A stretch of 64,000 nt of DNA from IMG/VR virus record IMGVR_UViG_3300035698_006183, positions 1 through 64,000 of that record. One strand, 5' to 3'. Below, one piece after another: positions 8,513 through 20,500 of this stretch. Under the pieces are notes generated by a model. The model did no database searches. It was given only the letters and a program-made list of their open reading frames with translations, and was not told where the DNA came from. The first letter of the stretch is position 1, and the number at the start of each line of letters is the position of its first letter. The stretch comes from a virus. Made by a program: the position numbers and the translations under genes.

Positions 8513-10965
8513 TGGCAATGATGATCAATCCTCAATCTGGTTTGAACGGGAGTGGGACTGTACCGTGGGGACAGCTTAAATCTTCCACAGCCTATGCGGC
8601 CAAACGTAAACATGACATGAACCCCGACAATAACTGGGGTCTGGGTACGGCACGAGTAACGAACGTCAACTATGTGGAGATGTTCGTTACCCTCCGAACA
8701 TTATCTGGTTCTTCTGATACTTTCGATAGAGTCCCCGTTCCTTTGACATTCCCGGGGGCAGGTTCTCGTCATTTCTTCGGTGCTATGCCAGAAGTCGGGG
8801 ATATCTGTGTCGTCGGTTGGATGCCTCCCGAGAGCATGTCTTCCAATTCTACCAACACTCGAACACCAGTCATCATGTCGTGGTTGATACCAGGTGTGTG
8901 GCCTGGTCAAGATTGGGTGACAACATCTGACTTTGACCCTGATGAGTATGACATCAATAACCCGAAGGACCAGCAGGCTCTCCGTGGAATTTATTCACAG
9001 ACTCGGCATAAACTTCGGCATATCCAACCTGGTAATGTAGTAGCTTCTTCCTCTCAAGGTTCTGACATGGTTCTGGATGAGGGTGTTACTCTGGCCAACC
9101 GTCGGGGTAATGAAATCCGATTACGCGACCAGGACCAGGCTTTGGTAACTCGAAGTCTTCAACAGTTCCATGCAATGGCTGGTACTCGAATCTATGCTGG
9201 TATGGTTCAGCGTGATGCTCGATTACTGCCTGCCATGTGTGTATCTGATGGCCGTGAGTGGGATAATAAAACCCAGGCTTTGGCAGGAGTGGTTATTGAT
9301 GACGCTCAACTTCCTGCTGACCCCCAAGCTGAGGAAGGGTTCTATACTCCTTCCAAACTGTTTCAACGACGACAATTGGCCAATGACGAAGGTGATTTAG
9401 CTGGACAGCCTTTCCCTATATCTTCTTATTTGGACCCTTACAAATTCCTCCAGAGAGGTGGATTAGTTGATGATGCTGGGTATGTCCTCGATGCCAATCA
9501 CATCCCTTCTGTTAGTGATGCAGTGTACGGCGGAAAACCTTTCTTCCGAGTAGCTAACCAAGGTCTTCAGAATGCTGTACTGGAACCTGACACCCCAACT
9601 CTGACAGAATACCGTATTGAGCTGGCTCATACATCTGATGGCCGTTTACCTGTCACTGAACAGACCGACATGTTCGATGCTGAACGGTTACTAGAGACTA
9701 ACCCTGATATTCCAGGCTCAGCTTCCACAAACACACCATTTATTGAATGGGTTATGGGTTCGGTAGTTGGTAATGATCCTTACACAGCTAAGGGCCGAGA
9801 AGGATACGGCCTGCCCGTAGTTCCTATCATTTTTGATGGTGACACTCCTGCTCCCAGATTGGAACCAGCCAAGATTACAGATGTGAGTGACGGTAGTATC
9901 CCGACTCCCATGAAAGACCAGGCAGCCATGCTTTTCCGTATGGCTCCCCCGACTGCTGAACCAGCAGCCCCTACTTTCTGGTCAGTTAATAAACAAGGGC
10001 AGTATCGAGGATACATCGGTGGTAACACTAAAGAAGATTCGATTCATTTATATGCTCAAGGAAACATTAAAATCGGCACTGGTGGGAAATTAGACCTCCA
10101 GTTACAGGATGGGATAAATCTCAGTGCTCTAGGGAAGAATGATTTTAATCTGAACTCTCCTGAAGGAGCCGTGGTAATTTACGGTGGTGGCCCAATCAAG
10201 ACGGCTGAAACCACAGTAGAACGGGCATCAGGCACGGGTGGTGGTGAAGGTGATGTGCCTGCCGTGGACATTGGTGCTAAGACTAACATCAGATTGATGG
10301 CTGAGAAGAAAATCCTTCTGAAAAGTAACAACCATGAAACTCAGGCTACTAATGTGAAATTAACTGGCCATGAGAAAATCGAAATCAATGGTACGAAGTC
10401 CATCAGTGAAACAACTGAGAATTATCAATTGGCCGTCAGTGCTCAGGCTTCCGAGTCTTACAGTGGCCCGAAGTATTTACTGCCGACCAATTTCCCGTTA
10501 CATGAACGAGTATATACAAGTTCCTATCCTGGATTCACAGGAGAGAAAGTCTCCTACCAGATGTGTGACCGAGAAGAAGAGTTCAAGATTCTTGGTAGCC
10601 ATTCTACAACTATGCAGATTGGTGACATGACTTATGAGACAAGGCTGGGTAAATGGTCAGCCAAAGCTCTGGCAAACAGCCTGGAGGTGGATTCTTCCTC
10701 TGGTATTACTGGTAAAGCTGCAATAGGAAACGTAGCTTTGAAGGCATTAGTGGGAACAGCTACAGTTTCAGGAATGGCCACAGCCACGTTAGAAGCAACG
10801 GCTGGCATAGCCACTGTTCGGGGAGGTGTTAGTGTGATACTAGGAGCTCCGATTACAGGTCCTGATTCAGGTCCTATTATTTGTGCAGGTTCTTTAGAAC
10901 CTTTTACTAATCTTCCCTATGCTACTTGGGGTATGGGTGCAAAAATGCATATTGTGTCAGCCTAA
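8512..10965 (+). CDS. Baseplate central spike (gp5/gpV-like OB-fold plus C-terminal beta-helix)
   Basis: OB-fold signature 'ARVTNVNY...VTLRTL...RVPVPL...FFGAMPEVGDICVVGW' and short beta-strand repeats in the C-terminal third (IHLYAQGNIKI, IRLMAEKKILLKS, ATLEATAGIATVRGG). TAATG overlap with the hub gene. Confidence 0.7.
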   Translation: MAMMINPQSGLNGSGTVPWGQLKSSTAYAAKRKHDMNPDNNWGLGTARVTNVNYVEMFVTLRTLSGSSDTFDRVPVPLTFPGAGSRHFFGAMPEVGDICVVGWMPPESMSSNSTNTRTPVIMSWLIPGVWPGQDWVTTSDFDPDEYDINNPKDQQALRGIYSQTRHKLRHIQPGNVVASSSQGSDMVLDEGVTLANRRGNEIRLRDQDQALVTRSLQQFHAMAGTRIYAGMVQRDARLLPAMCVSDGREWDNKTQALAGVVIDDAQLPADPQAEEGFYTPSKLFQRRQLANDEGDLAGQPFPISSYLDPYKFLQRGGLVDDAGYVLDANHIPSVSDAVYGGKPFFRVANQGLQNAVLEPDTPTLTEYRIELAHTSDGRLPVTEQTDMFDAERLLETNPDIPGSASTNTPFIEWVMGSVVGNDPYTAKGREGYGLPVVPIIFDGDTPAPRLEPAKITDVSDGSIPTPMKDQAAMLFRMAPPTAEPAAPTFWSVNKQGQYRGYIGGNTKEDSIHLYAQGNIKIGTGGKLDLQLQDGINLSALGKNDFNLNSPEGAVVIYGGGPIKTAETTVERASGTGGGEGDVPAVDIGAKTNIRLMAEKKILLKSNNHETQATNVKLTGHEKIEINGTKSISETTENYQLAVSAQASESYSGPKYLLPTNFPLHERVYTSSYPGFTGEKVSYQMCDREEEFKILGSHSTTMQIGDMTYETRLGKWSAKALANSLEVDSSSGITGKAAIGNVALKALVGTATVSGMATATLEATAGIATVRGGVSVILGAPITGPDSGPIICAGSLEPFTNLPYATWGMGAKMHIVSA

Positions 10966-11567
10966 TGGCAATTAACCAGGGTATAATATATCAGGCTTTG
11001 AAATCGAATCAGGCTTCAGGTGGTCTGCCTATGAATGGGCCTGCTTTTGATAGCCTGGCTTTAGGTATTGCAAATTCTGTAACTTCCTGGGCTGTAGGAC
11101 AGCCACAGAATTTAGGTTTAGTTGGTGCTGCTACCGGAACACTTGGGGCAGGAGTAATAAATCCTGTTACTACTAAATTGGTTGTTCCTATAGTTGTGCC
11201 AGTAATGTTAGGGTCTTTGGTTGCAGCAGGTATGGTTGGTCCCTTGACTCAACCTCTGTCTGTGGTAGTGGCTATGGGTATTTCACAAGCCTTTACAAGT
11301 GCTGGTCAATATACTGGTGTCTGTGCGGGTGTTGGAGTTGGTGCTGATATTTCTAAGATTGTAATTTCCAACCCCTCTACACTAATAACATTGTTAATGA
11401 CGAATTTGTCTGCTGTTTCAGGAGCAGGGTCATCTTTAACAACAATGGCAACAGGCTTAGGAAATGGTATAGCTGCTTTGTTATTATTAGGAGCAGGTAC
11501 AGGGTCTGTAACGGGAATCCCAGCCCCTCTTCCGGGTGCTGGTGTTTCAAACTCTACGGTGGTATAG
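10965..11567 (+). CDS. 200-aa Gly/Ala-rich hydrophobic protein with three internal repeats; candidate spike tip
   Basis: Start moved to the ATG at 10965, which overlaps the spike stop (TAATG). Only five charged residues. The gene is clear; the function is inferred from position and repeat symmetry. Confidence 0.5.
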   Translation: MAINQGIIYQALKSNQASGGLPMNGPAFDSLALGIANSVTSWAVGQPQNLGLVGAATGTLGAGVINPVTTKLVVPIVVPVMLGSLVAAGMVGPLTQPLSVVVAMGISQAFTSAGQYTGVCAGVGVGADISKIVISNPSTLITLLMTNLSAVSGAGSSLTTMATGLGNGIAALLLLGAGTGSVTGIPAPLPGAGVSNSTVV

Positions 11568-14500
11568 ATGAGCTTTCAATTTGACGGAAAAGTATTAGAG
11601 GGTGTTCGACAATCTCCAGTGAATGCCCCTACGACAGATGAACCTGGTACTAGTGTGGTTCGTGACATTCGAGCACTCCCTGCCAATTACACCTTGGGTT
11701 CTCCTGACTTGGTGAGTGCTCCGACAGACCAGTATCGTGTCGCTGCTCTGGATGCCCCAGGTTCCTCAATTGTGGAATATTTGGTTTGGGCTCAGAACTC
11801 AGCTCAGTTGGCCACAGTAGATGATACCGATTGGTGGACGACAGAGGGTTTAGGGAATATACCTATTGGTGCTTTGGATGTTATTGCTTACCCTGGTCCG
11901 GACCAGGAACTTTTCACTGATGGAACGGCCAATGTTGTCGTCGTAGATAATGGTGACCGTTCTATAGGTACAATTTCATGGCTGGTCGTAGCCCGTGGTG
12001 ACGTTGAGTATGACGATGATGGTTGGGATGATGTTGATAACCCCGCAGCAGGCAGGGAAGGTAATCTTCCTTACCTTGCATTTGAAATTTTACCTGAGAA
12101 CCAGAACCCTGTTTCAGGAGTCGTGACATTAACCGATGCCCAGTTAGCCTTGCTCGATGGAGGTCTATCCATTGAACGTGGTGACAGAGTTATCCAACCT
12201 CGATACACAGCGGCTACCCCACGGTTCTGGTGGACTCGTAATGATAGATATGAGAAAAGATTCGGATGGAATGCAGCACTTCAGCGGTGGGAACCCTGGA
12301 AAGGTTCAGGAGTTAAGAACCTGGGATATCTCCTGCTGGACGAGGCTTCATTCACAATGGACCCTAAACTTCAGAATTTCCCTGTCGGGTCTTTTTTGCC
12401 GGGTGATGCTTCAGAGCCAGATGCTTATTCAATGATTCGACTGGGGTCTGACCCTGGTATAAATAGTGTTCCGGCAGGCCCTGGAAATGGATTCCTCGGG
12501 ATTCAAGTGAAACCTGATGATGTTGTAGAGGATTTCGATTTCAGCACTGCCTCTGATTTAATTGGTGTTATGGGACAGACCAACGGAAAACTGGTATTCA
12601 ACCCAGCCTATGTAAACACACAAGCTGGTAAATCAGTTTGGTATTCATACAAGGGATTTTCTGAGGATGAGGATGGAATGATTGGAAGCATTCAAGATGC
12701 TTTGACCTCTGAGCTGTTTCTTGCACCTCTCCCTGGACCGACCGATTCCATTTTACTTCGGTATGGAAACAGAAGCTATCTGGATACCGTGACTTTTGCC
12801 AATGATGCAGCCTTGCAAGCCGAGGTTGCTGACCCCGCTGAAGGTCAAGTGTATCTCTCGTTATCTACTGGCCGTCTGAGATTAAGTCCTGTGGATATGG
12901 GTAAAGCTGACCCTGATAGCCCAGCAACATTCTCCAAGTATTACCTGGGAGCTGATGTGATTTATGATGGAGTAGCTCTCTGTCAACGTCCTCAGCCGAC
13001 CCGTTCTCCTGTTCGGTTATTGGTTGACGGTGATGACTTATTCCTCCCTGAAGCTGAGTATCTTCCAGATGCTTACAACGATACGGACTGGAATAATGCT
13101 TACCGAGGACTCGGAACTTCAGGTATTCTGAATGTCCCTGATGAGACAGGTGCTTTACCTTTGGATATAGGGGTTGTTCCTGTACGCCCTGGTGGAGATA
13201 ACTCAGCTACTGACTCGAATGTTGGGATGGTACGTGCTTTGACAGATGGGGTGAGTGACCTCATTATCTTCGGGCGTAACCATGCTATCACAGCTACCCG
13301 TCCCTATAGGATTCCTGATGATAAGCCCAGCCACATACGTGGTGGAAATGCTTACGTCTGCCTTCAACTTGAAAGTGGTGACCCGGGTTCCCGAGTGGAG
13401 ATGGGACGGTACGACCGACAGAAACTGGATGGGGATTACATTTACTTCCTTCAGGCTGCTTTGGTGCCTGCTACATTTACAACAGAAGCTAAACTCTACT
13501 CCCGTAACAGAGACATCTTCCGTTTCGATGGGGGTGAGATCCTCTATTTTGCTGTGGATGGGACTTCTTATGAGTGGGATTCTAGTGACTTGCTGACAGG
13601 CTTCCCTGACCAGGCTTCATTCACAACAGAGGAAGTGGCTGACAGCATCTCTATTGACTCCGTCCCCCTTCTTCCAGCCGGAGCTATCACAGCTCACCTT
13701 GGCCGAATCCTTATTACAGGGACAGCCTCCGTAGAGATTGGTTTTGGTGGAGCAGGTAAAGACCTGAGTGGTGCAGCAGTTCTGGGATTCCTTCCAGGAT
13801 GGCGGGCAACTGAGGGTGAACCTTGCTGGTTGCCTGATTCTGGTGTGAGTGTGGGATTGTTCCGTAGCCCTGTAAACCTGGATAGGTCGAAGGCCACTAC
13901 TGATTTTGCATACGTTGATAGAATCCGAGAGGGCCTGCTGAGTGAAAGTCTTCAGCCGAACCCATTCTTCTTTTTCCTGAACCCTCCCTTGCAGGATGTC
14001 GCTGGATATAATGAGAACTTCTTCTTCCAGTTGGTGAACTACATCATTGATGGGGATGACATTCAGATAATCTACAAGAACCTGGAGCATTACAAAGACA
14101 TCATCTATCGTTTTGGCCAGAATAAGTTTGACTGGGTGGGTGAAGGTTCTTACCGAGAGCCCGTTGAACGTGCTCTGGATACTTTAGATTTGGGAGCTGC
14201 TGGTATTGTCCCGGAGTCCATGATGGGTGCTCCTGGAATTCCAGGTGCCCTTTATGTGAACACTGGTGAAGGTGGTTTGGTTCTTCAAGACCAGGATGAT
14301 GATTACATCCTCCCGTTCGATGGTTCCCCTGGAAATGCAACTCTTATACATCGGTTCGGAAGACGGATATCTTTCGGAGCTCAGGGAGAGTTCGTTGAGG
14401 ATTCAACTACATTCACTGACACGAGCCTGACTACCGATTTCAATGACCTGGACAGCCCAGTGTTGCCTGGTTACCGTTTGAAATTAACGACAGGTGATGC

Positions 14501-17500
14501 AGAAGGTTCCTATACCGTTGAGAGTGTGGACTCTGATAACACTCTTACCGTGTCACCAGCATTCCTCTGGACTTCTGAACTTCCCGTAACATGGGAATTG
14601 TTTGAAGGTTACTCCAGAGATGTGTATGACCCGATGATTGTAGCTGACATGCTGTACAAAGAATTCAGCCCGTTGTCAGAAGAACCGTTCAAAGTTCGGG
14701 TTTTGTCATATCTCGGCCTCGTTCCCGAAGATTCTTCGGTACAGGATACTGGCCGATTGGTTGCCAATGTTGAAGGAGCCTTGTCTAGTGATCGTCCAAT
14801 CAACCTCCGATACAAACCTGAACCTCTGACCGCGGAGAACACTGTTAGTTTAACCTGGCTGACAAAATTAGATATTGGAGTTATCGAGAATGGTGCCAGA
14901 GTCATTTCTGGTGTGACAGACCTCCGATTCACATCTGAGGCTTTCAGCATTCAGATTGGGACGGTTGTTTACAGTCATGGTGACTCAACATACCTCTTAG
15001 AGGGTGTAACGTCCTTCAGCAGCGACCCTGGAGCTTCTGTGGAGTATTTGACAGTAGACACAGACCCAGAATTCCCGAAAGGGATGTTGAAGTTTGGTTC
15101 CAGTGTTCTGGCCACTTATGCTGAGAGTCATGTACTGGTGAAAGACGAGTTCCTCGATCCATCTGATATGGAAGAACTCCAGGCAGAATTGAGTCCGTGG
15201 ACAGGTGAGGTTAACCTCTCTGACACCGATATGGTGGCATTTACTGGAGAACGTGCTTATTTTGTCGAGCAGATGGATACTAAGAAAGATTTATCGGTCC
15301 AACCTATGAGTGGAAGCTGTGCTTTCCTCCGACCTCTCCCGAAGGGTGTGTTGGTCGAGATGGAGTATTACGGAGCAGACCTCGAAGGCCGGAAGTTACA
15401 ATATCCTGTGCTTTCCCTGGACGGGGAACCGACAGGGCTGACAGAAACTCGTCAGATTACAGAATTTTTACCTGTGTTCATCCGAGATGAAGTTGCAGTC
15501 CGTGAAAGCAACCGAGTTTTCACATTCAACATTGATCAGAACACAGTCTATGAGGACATTGACCCGATTATTTACATTCGGGCAGCTCAACAGAACTATA
15601 ATGAAACGAACTGTGTGGTTAATTATCTTCCTGATGGCCGTGGCCAACTTACCTTCATCACGTATGACGTGACGGAGGGGGTAGATGTGAAAATCACATA
15701 TGCTGTTGCTGAGTCCCAAGGTGGAGAGCGGGCATATGAAACCAGCACGAAACCAGTCTATCGTCCTCCATTCTACATCACTGCCAATCAGAACCGGTTC
15801 GGTATTCGTGGTGATAGAGCAGATGAGTTCGTAGCTGGCCAGTTGCTTCGGTTCGGAAAAGAGAATTTCTACGTCAAAGGTGCCAAATATTACGAAGCAG
15901 GCACAGATAACGAGGGGAATGAAACTGGGGACATCACCGCTGTTTATATCTTCCCACAGACGACTCAGGAAGTCGGTACCCGAGCACCAGCTCGAGACAT
16001 CCTGGCTCTCCAGACTCAGATGCCTATCACTCCAGTAGTAGACCCCAAAGGAAATGTGATTGGGCCAGATGGAACAGCTCATGAGGTAAACACCTCGGCT
16101 TCCCCTGGTCTGATGTATGAGTTGGACCTCACAGAATTCCCGTTTGAGCCTATGAATCGTGGGCAGACAGACATCGTGTTCACTGGCAACCTGCTATTCT
16201 TGGCTGTGCCTGGTCACATCATCGAATTCGGTGGTGTTCCTTACACTATTGCTAGAGCAGCATTGTCTGATGATGGTTCACGTTCAGTGGTTTCGATTGC
16301 TTCTGGTATCCGCCAGGCATTTGAAATGGCTGACGAGCCAACTGTACGGCTCACTTACCGTCCTGTGTATCCTCCTAACGTGACGGATTTACTAGGGGTT
16401 GGAGCTTTTGTACCTGAAGAAGGTTACGAATTGGTGCAGTATGGACTGATGGATGGTGACAATGAACTCCCAGGTAAAACCCTGGTGAACACCGTTGACT
16501 ATACATTTGATTTAGGGTCTGGTAAAGTCACTCTCTTGGAACCGATTCAGGAACCATTGAATGCTCCTGAATCTCTGGCCATGTCCTTTGTGAGACTCCG
16601 ACAACTGGCTCCTTACATGGAGAACGGGGCTATCGTCCGACCGACATATTCGGCCAGTTATCTGAACTCTATCACCCCGAGCAAAGAGAATGATTTGTTG
16701 GGTGCTACTCTCCGTGGAACATACACGTTCAGAAGCCCTGACACTTTCTATTTCCGTATCGTTCCTATGTCACAGTTCCTGGTGGAAGTCACAACGGAAG
16801 TCATCGAGGAAATCTCCAGTCAGCAACCTGCCAGTGGAGCACCGAAGCCTTCAGGTGGACAAGATAACTGGGACTTTGGCCGAACTGGTCTGAAGACTGA
16901 ACGACGACACCTGACTAATAAAGACAGGGTAGCCCGAACCTTCATGGATTTCTACAATGTGGCCACTAATTCTTTTGAGCAGGTACTGGAAAGTATCACC
17001 GGTGATATCGTGGGTGATAGGGATGGTAAGTTTAAGTTCTGGATTGGCCGTGGTAAAGAATGGCCTACCCCAGGATATGAAGATGAAATCACAGGGGACT
17101 TGACCCCTCGGAATGTTTGGACAGATGTTTTCTCTTCTGCTGCATCAGGGTATGTTTACGTTCAACCTTTTGATAAACTAGTAAATCCTCTGAAAACCTT
17201 CTACATTGAGGACTCCAAACTTCATGGTGATGTTCCTGACATCGATACTCTGAACTTGATGATGGATAGTCAGAAAGATATTGTTACCAATGAAGTGGAC
17301 GATATTGTCCTGACAAATTTCTGGGCGGGTTTCAAACGTAAATCAGGATGGCCCTTCTATTATTTCATCCTGAATGGCCAGTTCAATTGGATGTACCAGA
17401 ACCACAAGTTCTCCCGTATATTCCCTCGATGGACGAAGACATTCCTTCGTACCAATCCAGGTATCGAATCTAATTTAGATGCTGGGGAACCAGGTTGGTA

Positions 17501-20500
17501 TTCAGCAGGCCGTTATGATTCCGAAGATGCCTACCGCCGAACAACTCAGATGACCATCGGGCAGGTAGCCAATCCCGTACTGGGGGACATCGGTGAAATC
17601 CGTTCATTGTTCCTGAATAAGAGGATGGCAAGAGCCAGAATCTGGCAGTATTACCCGTATGGTATCCCTGAAGGTTCCTTCGGGCTGGTCAGTGGAAGTC
17701 CCTCTCCAGCTATCGAAGTACCGTGTGTAATTGCAACCCAGGGATGGCTTCGAGAATTTCCGATAGACCCTGAAACAGGTTATCCTGATAAGTCTCAATT
17801 CCTTAATAATAACGGGGAGTTCCCTGATTTAGATACAGGTGACCCAGAGATGGCAGTTCCTCCATTCATTATTGGAGAGCAGCTTGGTTGGGGGAAACCT
17901 AATGGTCGGATAGCTGAGGCTTACTGTGGTTCGTTAACCAAAGAGTCAGGAAGCGTTATTAACGCTCTGACAGGTTTGTTCGTCAATGAAATCCTGTACA
18001 GTTGTGTTCTCACATTCCAGGATGCTAATGGTGACCTCATTGAAGACCCGAACAACGTGCTGGTTGGAACTTCTCCGACTACTGGTGTTGTAGCTGAGGG
18101 TTATCTGGAACAGGGTGACACAGTTCAGTCAGTGCCAATTTCGGGTACTGCCGATATAAGTAATCCTCCGACGACTGAGGATATGGAACTGCTGGCCAAT
18201 AACTCCAGTACTTACCGTGCAGGTTTTGATATCCAACATGCTCAAGATGGGCAGTTACTGGATGTCACATTACCTTCAAAAGATGACCCTGCATTCTGGG
18301 CTTTAAAAGAAATCGTTGGCCAGAACCCTCCACCACCTCTAACGTGTTTGGAAGGGTCTGTAGAATTCTACTATGAGGGTCAGAACCCTCTCTTAATCCC
18401 TGCTTTGGAAGGATTACCCCAGGATGATGCGGGTGATTACCATGTACCGTTCCTACGGGTGACCAACACAGAGCTGGATAGATTCAATGAAGGGATTATC
18501 CTGGCAGATATCCTGAAAGTAGATAGCCATGTGCCATTAGCTTGGGGTGTTTACCCTGATGAATGGTTAGGGAATGACGGGTGTGTGATGACAATCCCCT
18601 CTGACCCAGCTCAATCTGCTTTCATTCCGTTGACTGAGCCTGCATCTTTGTTGACGGCCACAGACGTGCAGCCTAAAGCAACAGTGTCCTCGGAAGAACC
18701 TGGGACAGCCGACTTGGATGAATATGATTTACTGTTCACTCAGGTTGAAGCTACTAGCCCATTTGTCCAGTCGAGTCTTTTGACAGAGGGGCCGATGGGA
18801 ATTCAATCCGTTGGCCGTATCCGTAATAGAGACGGGGCTTGGAATTTAGGAACTGGTGACCCGACGAGTGGCTGGGGTTCAATCATTGAACCTCCACGGT
18901 TTATCACTCAGACTAAACAGGGTTCACCGATTCGATATAAAATTGAAAATGCAATGGTGAGTGAAGCTCCTTCTGGCCAGTTCTATGGAGTGAAGCTCCG
19001 TACTTATGATGTCACAGGATACATAGTGTTGGACTTCACAGGTATGAACATTGATATGAGTGGGCTGGATGCCATATATGCAGCATCCCCTGACAATTAC
19101 ATCAGTATTAAGCTCATCTCACATGATGATGGAGATGCTATCATCGGTCCGGGTGGAATACCTGCCCCACCATTTGGTTCTGAATTACTGGCTTTGGATA
19201 TTCAGCAAAGCACCGGTCTGAGAGTCACAAATTACACAGCAGCCTCACTCCTGATGCCTACTCTGACGAACGCTCAGTTTGGGGTAGATGGTGCAGTAAT
19301 TGCGGCACTTCCAGGTATGGACCCAGCAGACTACCTTGCAGGCAACACCCGATACATCCTGCTGACATGTACAAGCCTTACTCCTGCTGTGATGGATTTG
19401 ATTTGGGATTTGCCGAATCCTCCAGTAGCACCTTTGGCTCACCCTGGTTGGTTTATTCCTTACGAAGTGAGAGATTTTGGAGGAAGCCTTTACACCTCCG
19501 CAGACTACGGCATGGACTTCGTGTTTGATATTGACACATACAACATTCCGAGTTCTCTGGGTGAATCCACGACAGCTTATATTAGTTCTGACCGATTGAC
19601 GTTCAATGAAAACATTGATTTCGATTTGGCTCGTGAACGTGGAGCAGTTCATGCTTTGAACCCCGCAACTGAATTGGAAACACGACTGGCCATTTACGAA
19701 GTGACCGTAGGGCATGATTCAGTGCTCCCGACTTATGCTTCAACCATCAATACGTTCTGTAATGGGGAGAGTGCAGGCCAGCCAGTACCATTTACATTCC
19801 TCCCACGAGGCGGAGTGGTTGCTACCTCTGGTTCTCTGGTTGTGCATGGATTCGAAGGTTATGAGAACACTCCTATCCTCGGCAATGAAGCTACGTTCTC
19901 AGGAGCTGCTTCAAACGACCAGACCACGGTGCCAAGTTATGGCAGTATCTGTAAAGGGACTGGGGTGATGGAGAGTAAATTCGACTCGGGTTTAACCCCC
20001 TTGGATGCAACACTCTATGATAACCGAGTAGCTTCAACCATTATCACAGACCCAACAGCTCCACTTGATGGGATGGCTCAGATTGAATCTGGGGATATCC
20101 TGGTCATTAAACAAGACCCGAATGGGGAGGCAACTACCAAAGCTGGAACGTATCTGGTTCGACATTCTATCCCACAACATGACCCTGTAGGTTCTCCTGC
20201 TGAGGAGTGGTGGGAATCAGCTCCTGTTTCTATAGCAGGGAGTGAAAAAGACTGGTGCCCCGTACATTTCCCAACAATCGTCAGTTATGATGAAGGAACT
20301 CGTGAGTTAGTCCTCACCGACCCGGCTTGGATACGAGCAATTGAAGCAGGCAACACTGTGGCTGGTTATCCTATAGGATGGGAGTCTGGTTTCCCTGACC
20401 CTATAGCAGGTACCACATTTATTTACATCATCCGTAATGTGGATGCTTTGGCCACCGTAGACCCTGGTGGGACTCCTGAAGAATATGATGTTGCAGCTAC

